From assembly GCF_036588685.1 (NCBI RefSeq), contig NC_086386.1, forward strand, positions 48,484,001-48,548,000: a stretch of 64,000 bases of DNA. The letters are read 5' to 3'. The notes beneath the pieces are model-generated. The model ran no database searches. It was not told the DNA's origin and saw only the letters and a list, made by a program, of their open reading frames with translations. This document shows positions 51,301 to 58,672 of this stretch, piece by piece (position 1 is the stretch's first letter; every line of letters starts with the position of its first letter). Position numbers and translations under genes: made by a program. Origin of the DNA: Mytilus trossulus. Taxonomy: Eukaryota.

Positions 51301-53996
51301 GCCTGTATAGCAGTCAACCATAATTCTATTAAAATTGCAGTCTTATGGAGTGTTGTTGTGGAACTGATATGCATCTTTATTGTCTAACAGAATTTTATTG
51401 AGAATTTTATTGAGAAAAAATTGTATTGACTATAAATTATAACTACTCAAGTTGAGAATTTAAAAAAGTTTTGAATTGAAAATTGTATCTTTTTAAAATT
51501 AACATACAAAGTTAAAATAAGAAGGGTGATGTTTGTATGATATTTCTTTTTGTTTTTGATAGTAAAACATAATATTAGAAACATGAATATCTATATGATT
51601 TCTTTAAATTGTATGGGTTATGTTAATTGTTCAGTGTTCTTTGAAATAAAATTTTCAATGAAATCAAGAGGCTTGCTCTTGTTTTTTTTATTTTTTGATG
51701 AAACAATGAAATTTACAGACTTTACTTACGTGTACACCTTGTCAGTGGGTTCCCATGGAAACCATCTCTACACTGACACTGTCCATGTACACACACAGCA
51801 TACTTAGCACATTTTCTGTTGTTACAGAGTTCTGAAAGATTGAAAGAAAATCTGAAGAAATATAAACTGGTGTATTTCATACATTAATAAGTTAAGAATA
51901 TAGTCAAATGAAACCCTGGCTTTTTCACCAAGATGAATTTCAATAAGTCTAGTTTAGTTTAAACATATATTTGTTTATAGTGGATTGGGAAACAAGTTAA
52001 TATTTATGGCAACTTATATTAATCCCTTTCTACTTCGCAGGTGCGAGTGCTGCTTTGTAGCGGCATTAGCCTGCTCTTTTCAAAATCTACAAGGGTTTCT
52101 TTTACGTGCAACAGATATGGCTCTCTCTTAACAGGGGTCAGCCATTTATTGTCCCCTTCCGACGTACTATCATCATTTCTCAAGACCATACTCCGAATGG
52201 TGTCAAGAGAGAGCCAAAAATTCAGTTCCTTAACCAGGAACCTTTGTGTTAGTAGTCCATTAATATGCTAACAACTACACGTCAGCTTTTTTCTAGTGTG
52301 GTACATATACATGTACAAAAATCACATTTGCTGCTTCATTTATTAATAAATTAATGATTCAGTTGATTAAAAACACTGGCTATTTCACCATGATGCATTT
52401 TAACTTTCACCAAAATGACATTTCCAGGTTGAAGAATAATTCTGTAGATCTAAAGTAACAAAATTTATGATTTTGTTCATCAACATTTCAAATGCATATA
52501 GGTATAAAAATAAGACAACATACAAACCTTCACATTCTATGTAACCACTTCCAACATAGCCATCCTTACATACACAGTGGTAATTAATACACTTGGCATT
52601 TGGTGCACACTGTTTTCCGCCACATAAATCTTTAGCTGGAAAATCAAAATGATAGTTTAATGAAAAAATTGGTTTATCTATTTATATCAATTTAAGTTGT
52701 AAAAGTTGATGACATGCACCTTTTCAGACCCCACATTAAAATCCAGACTTGCAGACAGATCTTGAACTTTTAGGTAGTAATCTGCTCCTATGCATATAAT
52801 GTTGATAGGACAAAAAACCACCAGTGTACTAGACCAAAATATCGATTAGAGTTTTATAATAAATATGAAAATAAGGAGATGTGATATGATTGGACTGCTA
52901 AAGGCATCAAATACTATTTACTACATCAGAAATGCAACAGAAAGAGGTATAAAGACTAGCAGAATTGTTATTGGGAAAATTATTTGGAAAATTTACCAGC
53001 CCTAAAATTGGTCCAACATCTATTTGTGAGAGTCATTAGTGATATCAATTATATTTTCAAGCTTGCTCAATAGTTTTTGCATTTCAAAACTATTCACAAC
53101 ATTCAGAAGTGTCAAACCATTATGAAAATACAATATTTCAACGGCTAAAGTAAATCTGGTTCAACTCTTTTCATCCCAGTTGTGATTTTTTTGTTGTTGT
53201 GTTTGGCTGCTTATGGCTAAAATAACATGTCAATATTTCCTGTAGTTCTAAAAAAAAATATAGAGAAAAAATCACTCAGCATGAAAATATTTTGGTTTTA
53301 TTCAATTCTAAAACAATGTTCAAAAGGAAGATTGACAAGACTTACTTTCACATTTAATGTACCCATTTCCATGAAATCCATCATTACACTGGCACGTGTC
53401 TTTATAACAGTATGCATTCTCTTCACACTTTCTACCATTACATAGTGCTTAAAAGAGTGAAGAAATAATTCATTCTTAAACTACTATTTAAATAACTTAA
53501 AGAAAAGGTAAGGTTTTGTTGTTGATTATTTTAAATGTTACTTCAATGCCATACTTATTTGTCTTTAAAAATTGTTTACAATTGGAGATTTATATAGAAA
53601 CTTGGGGAAATAGTTTAGCTGTTGAGACTTTGACCTTTGACACAGTAACCTCAAATTCAAATAGGTTTTTGAGGGTTGTTTTTCTCAGCAAGAGGAATTA
53701 ATCTCCATTTGATAAAAAAAAAATATATATAAAAAGGTAAATAAAATTATAAAGCTTCAGCTGTTAATTCAAAATCTATAGAAAAAATAATGACAAATAA
53801 AGTTACACAAATAATAAGTAACAAATAAACAGAACAAAATGTATGTTCCAATATAACATATTAAACCTAGCTACTCTTCAAAACTTACAATCACATTTGA
53901 CATATCCATCTCCAAAGTACCCAGGTCTACATGTACATTGGTAGTTCATACAGATGGCTTTAGGTGCACAGTGTTTACCATTACATACATCCACAG
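6370..53996 (-). CDS. Multi-exon gene, 5' incomplete: at least 30 EGF-like repeats + VWD + C8 + TIL + TILa/EGF (zonadhesin/FCGBP/tectorin-like extracellular protein)
   Basis: 36 coding exons with canonical GT-AG boundaries and compatible phases, joined by hand into one open frame (4421 coding nt). The first exon seen has a good acceptor, so an upstream exon lies above 53998. Confidence 0.9.
7757..7972. mobile_element. MITE, Tc1/mariner-type (TA flanks); second copy at 34663-34881
   Basis: TA-CTGT..ACCAACTTATTTTCGC ... GCGAAAATAAGTTGGTTTACAG-TA. Confidence 0.8.
8010..8205 (-). CDS. Exon: TILa/VWC-like + EGF-like
   Basis: LAKSYTTEDCSETVKCQMVHERPEFRHTQIGVQCHRNATCSLKDGIPACMCLGGLVGDGYKVCQQ; phase 0 to 1. 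Confidence 0.85.
9252..9457 (-). CDS. Exon: TIL domain
   Basis: MKCPLNSVYSSEVTACPADCMDRTPTTCDSGLPFSEGCTCKAGYYRSGHECVPASQCGCYCPDRHYIP; phase 1 to 0. Confidence 0.92.
10106..10234. other. Assembly gap (N run) in an intron
   Basis: Run of n; flanking exon phases are compatible without an extra exon. Confidence 0.99.
10395..10690 (-). CDS. Exon: C8 domain
   Basis: CIGTLKKSAKCTLTQ...ICGYM...PFRKC...MYDACRRDVC...ACVYVQQMAMECLQRG...FRYHC; phase 2 to 1. Confidence 0.9.
10920..11099 (+). repeat. 5' LTR (180 bp)
   Basis: TGTCGAG...CTCCACA; 2 mismatches to the 3' LTR. Confidence 0.97.
11104..11121 (+). promoter_or_regulatory. Primer-binding site complementary to the tRNA-His 3' end
   Basis: TGGTGCCGTGACCAGGAT, 4 nt after the LTR. 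Confidence 0.85.
11122..16674 (+). pseudogene. Disrupted gag-pol polyprotein of the Bel/Pao element
   Basis: Broken by frameshifts near 12675 and 13230, stops at 14728, 15475, 15913 and 16363, and a 57-bp duplication. Confidence 0.93.
16898..17077 (+). repeat. 3' LTR (180 bp)
   Basis: Direct repeat of 10920-11099, followed by GTATA. Confidence 0.97.
17520..17839 (-). CDS. Exon: VWD domain, C-terminal part
   Basis: ENGYLHYLPLSL...CGLHVWWNG...LTGLCGNCNGKYVDDF (VWD GLCGN motif); phase 0 to 2. Confidence 0.92.
18034..18140. repeat. Small fold-back (inverted repeat) element
   Basis: AGATAA..TATTGTATTT.AA.CTC.AACGGCATCAA pairs with TTGATGCCGTT.GAG.TT.AAATACAATA..TTATCT. Confidence 0.6.
18406..18644 (-). 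CDS. Exon: VWD domain, N-terminal part
   Basis: KCICSAFSNAYIKTYDGQFIYHNGACRYTLTKS...; phase 1 to 0. Confidence 0.92.
19198..19305 (-). CDS. EGF exon 30 (108 bp, atypical)
   Basis: EGFCKGVKCAQNSECVDGRCVCRGGFVGDGHRKCE. Confidence 0.9.
19535..20481. mobile_element. Non-autonomous hAT-type element
   Basis: TIR CAGGGCTTCCAAAA / TTTTGGAAGCCCTG; 8-bp TSD GTATCCAA / GTATCAAA. Confidence 0.85.
20754..20861 (-). CDS. EGF exon 29 (type A)
   Basis: LDYCGGKRCHMNAMCEDYKCKCRKGYHGDGYYFCD. Confidence 0.9.
21136..21237 (-). CDS. EGF exon 28 (type B)
   Basis: FCGGKLCVENAHCVAGRCSCHTGFHGNPFFKCE. Confidence 0.9.
22468..22575 (-). CDS. EGF exon 27 (type A)
   Basis: DGFCDGHICSKNAQCDNFLCKCQKGYYGDGYTRCD. Confidence 0.9.
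22700..23105 (-). repeat. Mussel-type interspersed repeat; related copies at ~29285-29385, 40815-41085, 46990-47440 and 50225-50417
   Basis: Shared motif GAGAGTTGTCTCATTGGCA.TCATACCA.ATCT / AGATGTGGT..GA.TGCCAATGAGA. Confidence 0.65.
23473..23574 (-). CDS. EGF exon 26 (type B)
   Basis: LCNGKKCVRNAKCVHNMCVCDEGYHGDGYYRCE. Confidence 0.9.
23637..23824. mobile_element. MITE (TA-CTGTGGATTCAT...ATGAATCCACAG-TA family); other copies at 28369-28541 and ~29890-30060
   Basis: Terminal inverted repeats with TA flanks; several copies in the window. Confidence 0.75.
24139..24246 (-). CDS. EGF exon 25 (type A)
   Basis: KKFCGNKTCAEHSECLKYQCQCSKGYTGNGYRKCD. Confidence 0.9.
24429..24852. mobile_element. 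Probable MITE
   Basis: Ends TAGGGCCGTAGTT..TTTTAGTTTTAC / GTAAAACTAAAA..AACTATGGCCTA. Confidence 0.6.
25323..25424 (-). CDS. EGF exon 24 (type B, extra Cys)
   Basis: LCSGKICAKYGLCIDGCCTCQPGYHGNAYVLCE. Confidence 0.9.
25786..26048 (+). mobile_element. Non-autonomous Helentron/pearl-like element; longer copy at 39623-40040
   Basis: AACAAGA start, core repeat, GGAC/AGAC microsatellite, terminal hairpin CCC.CTA...TAGGTGGG. Confidence 0.7.
26346..26453 (-). CDS. EGF exon 23 (type A)
   Basis: DRFCDGKTCAANADCIDFKCQCKERFHGNGYTYCE. Confidence 0.9.
26494..26659. repeat. Minisatellite, ~54-bp unit, ~3 copies
   Basis: AATTATAATACATGTATAACCTA.TGTAATGAATAACGAATTTATTCCCAAAAT repeated. Confidence 0.85.
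26926..27027 (-). CDS. EGF exon 22 (type B)
   Basis: LCNGKKCHDKAFCYRGQCTCNTGYHGDGINRCE. Confidence 0.9.
27048..27178. repeat. 50-bp minisatellite interrupted by a SINE
   Basis: ATAGTTTAATCTATTAAACTAACCAAGTAGAATTATCTAATGGTTAAACT repeated; resumes at ~27505. Confidence 0.85.
27179..27504 (+). mobile_element. tRNA-derived SINE
   Basis: A box TGGTGTAGTGG, B box GGTTCGATTCC, AAACT tail, TSD AACCAAGTAGA. Confidence 0.88.
28012..28119 (-). CDS. EGF exon 21 (type A)
   Basis: DGICGGKICAPNARCDNFTCVCMNGYTGDGFHRCD. Confidence 0.9.
28612..28785. mobile_element. Probable Tc1/mariner-type MITE
   Basis: TA-CAGTGTAGCCTGCCTAAT..ACAC ... GTGTCGGATTAAGCAAGTTACAATG-TA, imperfect TIR. Confidence 0.55.
28848..28949 (-). 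CDS. EGF exon 20 (type B)
   Basis: LCGNHRCVEHSTCVRNRCECVTGYHGDGTYKCE. Confidence 0.9.
29552..29659 (-). CDS. EGF exon 19 (type A)
   Basis: LTRCGGHTCHFNAECMDFKCHCKYGYTGDGYQNCV. Confidence 0.9.
30288..30931 (+). mobile_element. Non-autonomous Helentron-like element with three ~168-bp internal repeats
   Basis: AACAAG start, repeats at ~30353, 30521 and 30689, (GGAC/TGAC)n microsatellite, terminal CCCC...GCGGGG hairpin. Confidence 0.8.
30948..31049 (-). CDS. EGF exon 18 (type B)
   Basis: LCGGKPCMPFSVCRNETCQCIGGYHGNGFILCE. Confidence 0.9.
31309..32268. mobile_element. TTAA-flanked non-autonomous TIR element (Kolobok-like)
   Basis: TTAA-AGGGGCACTAGCT ... AGCTAGTGCCCCT-TTAA. Confidence 0.85.
31335..31609. 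mobile_element. Nested TTAA-flanked MITE; second copy at ~51068-51293
   Basis: TTAA-GGTGGTACC.AACAC ... GTGTTAGGTACCACC-TTAA. Confidence 0.85.
32618..32725 (-). CDS. EGF exon 17 (type A)
   Basis: LGICNGERCAEHSECVNYKCGCKHGYYGDGYSQCE. Confidence 0.9.
33333..33434 (-). CDS. EGF exon 16 (type B)
   Basis: YCNNRKCVHSANCVDGKCLCKQGYHGDGYYKCE. Confidence 0.9.
33823..34061. mobile_element. Probable MITE with CT-rich interior
   Basis: AGGGGGAGGACAGGG ... CCCTGTCCTCCCCCT inverted ends within TA runs. Confidence 0.65.
34232..34339 (-). CDS. EGF exon 15 (type A, extra Cys)
   Basis: VGTCGGKVCCKNAECLNYHCVCKKGFYGIGNDMCL. Confidence 0.9.
35281..35382 (-). CDS. EGF exon 14 (type B)
   Basis: YCGGHKCKEHSSCIGEECKCEIGYHGDGKVKCE. 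Confidence 0.9.
35530..35791 (+). mobile_element. Retrozyme-type (hammerhead-containing) interspersed repeat, partial monomer
   Basis: Contains a hammerhead core and resembles the mussel hammerhead repeat as I recall it; a more decayed copy lies at ~41845-42035. Confidence 0.7.
35707..35750 (+). ncRNA. Minimal type I hammerhead ribozyme, decayed stem III
   Basis: Stem I GTGTCA/TGGCGT, CTGATGA, stem II GTCT-TTTAT-AGAC, GAAA, TGCTTG, TC cleavage site. Confidence 0.75.
35936..37143. mobile_element. Non-autonomous hAT-type element
   Basis: TIR CAGGGTTTCC.CTGG / CCAG.GGAAACCCTG; perfect 8-bp TSD TTTACAGC; subterminal TTCGCC repeats. Confidence 0.92.
37148..37414. mobile_element. Long-TIR (~65 bp) MITE with TA flanks
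   Basis: CAGCAGATTCCATTGAGTGTGTAGC..TCTTTGGTTAGCTTGCTTGTTAGCTGAAC mirrored at ~37350-37414. Confidence 0.85.
37504..37608 (-). CDS. EGF exon 13 (type A, 105 bp)
   Basis: LSLCGGRVCHQYAVCEDYQCKCKFGYYGDGITCT. Confidence 0.9.
38074..38178 (-). CDS. EGF exon 12 (type B, 105 bp)
   Basis: LCNGKICVASAVCSPHEHCVCGPGYHGDGLRKCE. Confidence 0.9.
38303..39383 (+). mobile_element. Non-autonomous Helentron-like element carrying ~5.6 copies of a ~161-bp satellite
   Basis: AACAAGAG start, tandem monomers at 38400-39300, (GCCC)n microsatellite, terminal hairpin ATTTTTGT-C-ACAAAAAT. Confidence 0.85.
39623..40040 (+). mobile_element. Non-autonomous Helentron/pearl-like element with two internal repeats
   Basis: Same family as 25786-26048; ends ATGCCCC...GGGGCAT. 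Confidence 0.75.
40098..40205 (-). CDS. EGF exon 11 (type A)
   Basis: EGLCDGKVCTANAVCDNYKCHCRHGYRGDGYKSCT. Confidence 0.9.
40531..40632 (-). CDS. EGF exon 10 (type B)
   Basis: LCKNRKCAAYAFCDANECICQNGYHGNPFLKCE. Confidence 0.9.
41112..41219 (-). CDS. EGF exon 9 (type A)
   Basis: LSVCGGKSCVANAHCFDYKCVCDTGYVGSGYSKCE. Confidence 0.9.
41596..41700 (-). CDS. EGF exon 8 (type B, 105 bp, extra Cys)
   Basis: LCNGKICKENAFCSDVGGCLCKPGYHGCGTKLCE. Confidence 0.9.
42389..42496 (-). CDS. EGF exon 7 (type A)
   Basis: LSLCGGKKCTTNAACIDYQCQCLHGYLGNGYNQCQ. Confidence 0.9.
42835..42936 (-). CDS. EGF exon 6 (type B)
   Basis: LCNNVRCVEYSECQNGQCMCKEGYHGDGTKKCE. Confidence 0.9.
43467..43574 (-). CDS. EGF exon 5 (type A)
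   Basis: IEYCDGRQCALNAKCNNFQCVCDYGYYGNGYYVCT. Confidence 0.9.
46056..46682 (+). CDS. Nested gene coding exon 1: DZIP3/hRUL138-like HEPN domain
   Basis: EWDLLY...LDISLAGLILLNC...ISSLRQFKSDYLCH...EEFDALWDDL matches the family pattern as I recall it; donor GTATGT. Confidence 0.8.
46056..49638 (+). CDS. Nested gene: DZIP3-like HEPN domain + linker + beta-propeller, 533 aa; join(46056..46682,47598..47729,48024..48069,48842..49638)
   Basis: Four exons with GT-AG sites and phases 0,0,1 join into 1602 nt with no internal stop. An acceptor at 46035-46036 implies a 5' non-coding exon. Confidence 0.8.
47598..47729 (+). CDS. Nested gene coding exon 2 (helical linker)
   Basis: VDNREPERCPIQDLCSTLLELRNLIVSMDTRLRSSTSTTNEPNK; acceptor TTTCATTAG, weak donor GTACTA. 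Confidence 0.6.
48024..48069 (+). CDS. Nested gene coding exon 3 (46 bp)
   Basis: TTTCAG / ALGGVRCQSHTDSSL / GTAAGT; supplies the phase 0 to 1 shift the last exon needs. Confidence 0.65.
48149..48417. repeat. 45-bp minisatellite, 6 copies, intronic
   Basis: TCTATGGTGATACACCTACATGCCACATATCATAACACTTTGT(T/C)A x6. Confidence 0.95.
48842..49638 (+). CDS. Nested gene last coding exon: NHL-like beta-propeller
   Basis: ISDAVIMDDGKLVIC...PVKITAVNDSTVAV...LQDGSLYVSC...IQHVSSDG; repeated beta-blade pattern like bivalve TRIM/B-box C-termini. Confidence 0.8.
51730..51831 (-). CDS. EGF exon 4 (type B)
   Basis: LCNNRKCAKYAVCVHGQCQCRDGFHGNPLTRCT. Confidence 0.9.
51950..52281 (-). mobile_element. tRNA-derived SINE, same family as 27179-27504, more decayed
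   Basis: Reverse-complement similarity along its length; (AAACT)n tail. Confidence 0.82.
52528..52635 (-). CDS. EGF exon 3 (type A)
   Basis: KDLCGGKQCAPNAKCINYHCVCKDGYVGSGYIECE. Confidence 0.9.
53346..53447 (-). CDS. EGF exon 2 (type B)
   Basis: LCNGRKCEENAYCYKDTCQCNDGFHGNGYIKCE. Confidence 0.9.
53889..53996 (-). CDS. EGF exon 1 in window (type A)
   Basis: VDVCNGKHCAPKAICMNYQCTCRPGYFGDGYVKCD. Confidence 0.9.
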
Positions 53997-54269
53997 CTAT
54001 AAAAAAAAAAATGAAATAATTAACACTCCAAAATCAATAAAGAGATAGTTATCTCCCCTCCTAAAAACAAAACAAAAATAAATTTCAAATGTAAAAGAAC
54101 ATTTTCATTTATGAATCTGTAGCTAAAAATTTTACATTTTAATAAGACTTTTTTTTATCCATATATATGAAACACATCTCATTAAAAAGGATAGTTATAT
54201 TTAAGTGCAATATATATATTGTACTGATATAAACTTTGAACTTTGGTATTCACTGTATAACTAATTCAT

Positions 54270-54925
54270 TTTTGTCTAGCCTTCGACCTTAGTAAAAAAA
54301 GCGAGACTAAGCGATCCTACATTTTGCCGGCGTCGCTGGCGTCGGCATCCACAAATATTCACTCTGTGGTTAAAGTTTTTGAAATTTTAATAACTTTCTT
54401 AAACTATACTGGATTTCTACCAAGCTTGGAAAGAAGTTTGTTTATGATCATAAGATAGTATCCAGAAGTAAATTTTGTAAAAATAAAATTTCATTTTTTC
54501 TGTATTTTACTTATAAATGGACTTAGTTTTTTTGCGGGGAAACATTACATTCCCTGATCTGTGGTTAAAGTTTTTAAAATTGTAATAACTTTCTTAAACT
54601 ATCCTGGGTTTGTACCAAAAGAAAGTATCCAGAAGTAAATTTTTAAAAAAAATAAATCCATTTTTTCTGTATTTTACTTTTAAATAGACTTAGATTTTCT
54701 TCCAGTTAAAATTACATACAGTCTGCAGTTAAAGTTTTTAAAACATTTATTAGATTCAAAAACTATCCTGGATTTTTACCAAACTTGGACAGAAGCTTCT
54801 TACAATCAAGAGAAAGTATCAAGAGGAATATTTTTATTGATTTTTTTCCTCATTTTTGTTGAGCCTGTGATTTACAGCAAAAGTAGGCAGGACACCAGGT
54901 TCTGTGGAACCCTTACAAATGTTTT
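54270..54925 (-). mobile_element. Helentron-like non-autonomous element with internal tandem repeats
   Basis: GGCGTC microsatellite followed by ~2.7 related monomers (TCTGTGGTTAAAGTTTTT...). Confidence 0.6.
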
Positions 54926-56192
54926 TGTGTAAAGGGTAAATTACATATGAAAAGTTGGTTTACTTTTTTATATTATATATTTTCCTTTTTTCTATGTATA
55001 TGAAAAGTTGTTGGTCTATATGAAAATGGGATGTTTATACTTTAGGAAAGTCATTTTCTTATTAACTGTATGGTTATATGCCTTTAATTCAGAATTCTGT
55101 CCAAAGCATCAGAGATATAGAACCAAATTAACTGGCTTAACTCACTATTTATATTTTATTTACTCTACATTTTGGTATAAAGTAACCATGATATCAAACT
55201 TTGCTATTGAAATCCTAGAATCTGAATTAAAGATTGAAAAAATATAATGAATCAATTGTAAAATCAAAGAGCAGAATGCTCTGAGGGATACGATTGCCAT
55301 AGTTTTCATTGACACATGTATAGCAGTTCTGCCAAATTTTCATTAAACAAATGCATGAGATTTGGCCAAAATTGAGAGATCAAAGAGGAAAAAAATAGAT
55401 CCAAGAATACTGTTGCAAAAAAAGCATGAACATGCGTGAGTCTCAAGCATTTTTGGCCAGTAACCCTGGTACAGCTGGATAGTATTATTCTCTAAACTAA
55501 TTCAACTGCACATGCAAAATGTAACAATCTGTATAGTCACTCAACTTAAAGAATAGCCAATCCCCGTTACAAGTGTATGAGCCATGTACTTATTGTGTTT
55601 TATCGAATTAAAGTTATCCTGTACCATTGTAAACTTGTACCACTAAAAAAAAACTTGTACCAATGCAAACTCGTACCATTGCTAACTCATACCAACTTAT
55701 TTAAATGCATTCAAATGGTATTAAATGATGAATATACATGATATACGTTACTTTGACCCAATACCTCTTAAGTCTGTAAAATGTATATAATTTGAAAGTA
55801 CAATGACCAATTTGTAGCTTATGTTCCTTGAATATTGGATAGAAAATACTGTGGCAGATGTAGATAATTAAGGTATATACAGTTTCACCTGAAGAAAATT
55901 TTTCATGAATAATTAAATCTTAGCAGTTAGTCAAAATGATTGCCAAAATTATTTTTACTGTCTATAAATAAATCATGTAACAATGAAATTTAACTGATTC
56001 CTATTAAGGGGGTCCGCATTTTCACCGCAAAAAAAGCACATGCCTTTCCACAATTGTAAACATAGCATTCAATTTGTGATCATGGATTACAGCTTTAATT
56101 AACTTAAATTGGATATATACATATTCAACATGTTCAATTTTAATAAGGTACAGTTAAAGCAATGTTTTAACTTTCCTCTGGATTAAGTTCTA

Positions 56193-56333
56193 CAGTGGCG
56201 GATCCAGAACTTTTCTTAAGGGGGAGCCCGCTGACTGACCTAAGAGGGGGCCCGCTCCAGTCATGCTTCAATGATTCCCTTTATAATCAACCAAATTTTT
56301 TCCACAAAAAAAGGGGGGCTGGATCCGCCTATG
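56193..56333. mobile_element. Short MITE (Harbinger-like ends)
   Basis: GGCGGATCCAG ... CTGGATCCGCC inverted ends. Confidence 0.65.
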
Positions 56334-58486
56334 TTCTAGTTTGAAAGATCAGTTAAAACATTAATGTCTTTAGTCTTATAGTCATTAATGCTTTAAAACA
56401 TTCTTTATTTTTGTCTAAGTTTTCTTTTAACTCCTGTGTAAAATTCAAGTAATTCAACTTTATTTCTATTATTAGTTAAATTAGTTATTAGTCTATTATT
56501 ATTACAAACAGAAACCCATAAAACATCATATTTTTTATATATTTTTCTGAATGTTACGACTTCCCAGTAGTACAAGTTAACTTTTTTGGTTCCAATGCCG
56601 ATGTACGAGTTAACTTGCTTCCGTATCTTATCACCGTAACTCTAGGAAGAACCCTAAACTGGACCCCTGTTGTGTTCACTTATCGCTACACTGACCTTCG
56701 GTGCGAAGCTATATATAGAACGGCGGACCAGTTTAGGAGGAACCACATTTCTTACTCTTTAATTATTGAAGTTCCTTTGGGTCAGAGGGCATGACTCCTT
56801 TCCGTATTCACTCCTCGGTTTACATTGAGATCGTTCTTAATATAATACGACGTTTATCGGCATTAACGAGTTAATTCTTCTTGACGAATACTTCGAAAAG
56901 GGAGACAACTCGAAACGATAACATGTACTGAAGGGGTGTTATAGGTAATTTTTAAGATGAAACATTTATTTTAATTTGAATTATGCATGTGATTTAAAAT
57001 TATGCAACAACAATAGCCCTCCATATGCAGACAGACATAGAAAGAATCCCATGAGTTTCAAATTAATCAATGAAGCGGGGAATCACTCAATCTGATACCC
57101 CTTGAAATCAGGAAAACTACATGCATGTGGGGTCTCACTAATTATCTCACTAATCAGTGGGAAAGCCACGGATCGATTCTGCGCCTCCTTCCATATGACG
57201 TAAAGTCCAAAATATAAAGGGCGACAATCGCGATTTTTTATAGAGGGCGACAGTATCGCGCCATCGCGGCAATTTGTTTACATCGTGTACGTGTGATTTT
57301 TCGAGAAATTTATCATTAAAGACAATTAAACTTGTGTCATTTCATCATCAATTAGTTATATAGGTAAGTTTTACAGGTGACCATGCTATTTTTTCTTCTT
57401 AGGAGATTTTATTTTACAAGAAACGAGCTTCTGAAAATGACAAGTGACTACGTTGTTTTGGAAGATAAAAATATGGCGGGTGTTTTCCCCTTCTGAAAAT
57501 AACTGACACATTTGCATCCTAATCTATATTTAAATATAAAATGACCAAAAATAGCATCAATGATGATGGATGTCCCCAATTATTTGCATAATTACCCATC
57601 ACTCCTTGTCGAACTGCAACTGAGGCTTTGAAAAGGAAGCGCATCATTCAGCGCCATTTTCAACAGACATTCATAAAAAGCAGGTTTCTAAGCTCACAAA
57701 ATCCCATTATTTTTTTATCATAATTATTAATTCAAATGTAGAAAGGTTCGCACAATATTCCTTACACCATTTCCATAGATCCGATCGGTATACAGTGAGA
57801 TATTGACCCTTTTCGAAGCTAAAACCCAAGCTTTTTATAGACCACATGGTAATTCACTGCATGGAATTTTAATTTTGTCAACACAAACTTTTGCTTCGTC
57901 ATAATTTCATCTACATTCATTGAGGTCGTGTGGTGATAGTGTTTAGTTTTCTTGCATAGAAAAAAGTTCAACCTTTGCTAAAACAGGATTTTTTCTTTTA
58001 AAAACTGAAATAGTTATGTGAAACCGAACCCAAACAACTGCCCATTGTTTGTCAACAGCATTGCAATTTTGTTAAATATTGGTCCATTCTGATAAAATAA
58101 GTTAAACATATTTCAGGTTTTCCAGATTATTGACATCCTTATTGTATTCTTTGTTTTGTTTTTTATTTGTGTTGTTTGTTAATATGTTTGCAATTTTTGC
58201 ATTTTAGTTACCATACTTGCATATATACATGAATTTAGGGCTACATGAGAAAGTTCTTTAGGTACATCATGTTCTAGCATTACATTTTAGAATCAAGTAC
58301 CCTTTTCAGTATTTAAAAGACTTATTTCATCGTTTATATAAAATGTTGTGTATTCATTTTCAGCATATATGTCACATAGCTTATTTGTGGTTTTTATATG
58401 GCTTGGTATAATTTTAAAAATATCTAGTACCAATATAAAATAAAATGTGAATACACATGTAGCAAACGCAAAATTTTTGTTTATAT

Positions 58487-58672
58487 TTAGGTCCTTCATC
58501 AGGAACGCTTACAACTGTAGGTCCTTCTTTAGATACGCTCAGGTCCTTTATCAGACAAGCTTACAATTATGTAGGTCCTTCATTAGGTACGCTCGGGTCT
58601 TTCGTCAGAAAAGCTTACAATTATGTAGGTCCTTCATCAGGTATGCTCAAGTCCTTCATCAGGAACGCTCAA
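58487..58672 (+). repeat. Short tandem repeats upstream of the transposase ATG
   Basis: AGGTCCTTCATCAGG.ACGCT variants alternating with AAGCTTACAATTATGT. Confidence 0.75.

Noticed and set aside
19198-53996. Identification as mussel foot protein 2, fibrillin or Notch
   Set aside because: Cys spacing is shorter, there is no calcium-binding EGF consensus, and the VWD-C8-TIL tail fits none of them.
55150-55300. Minus-strand MKTMAIVSLRAFCSLIL... as the signal-peptide exon of the EGF gene
   Set aside because: Runs into a stop and I found no convincing phase-1 donor, so the 5' end of the gene stays unresolved.
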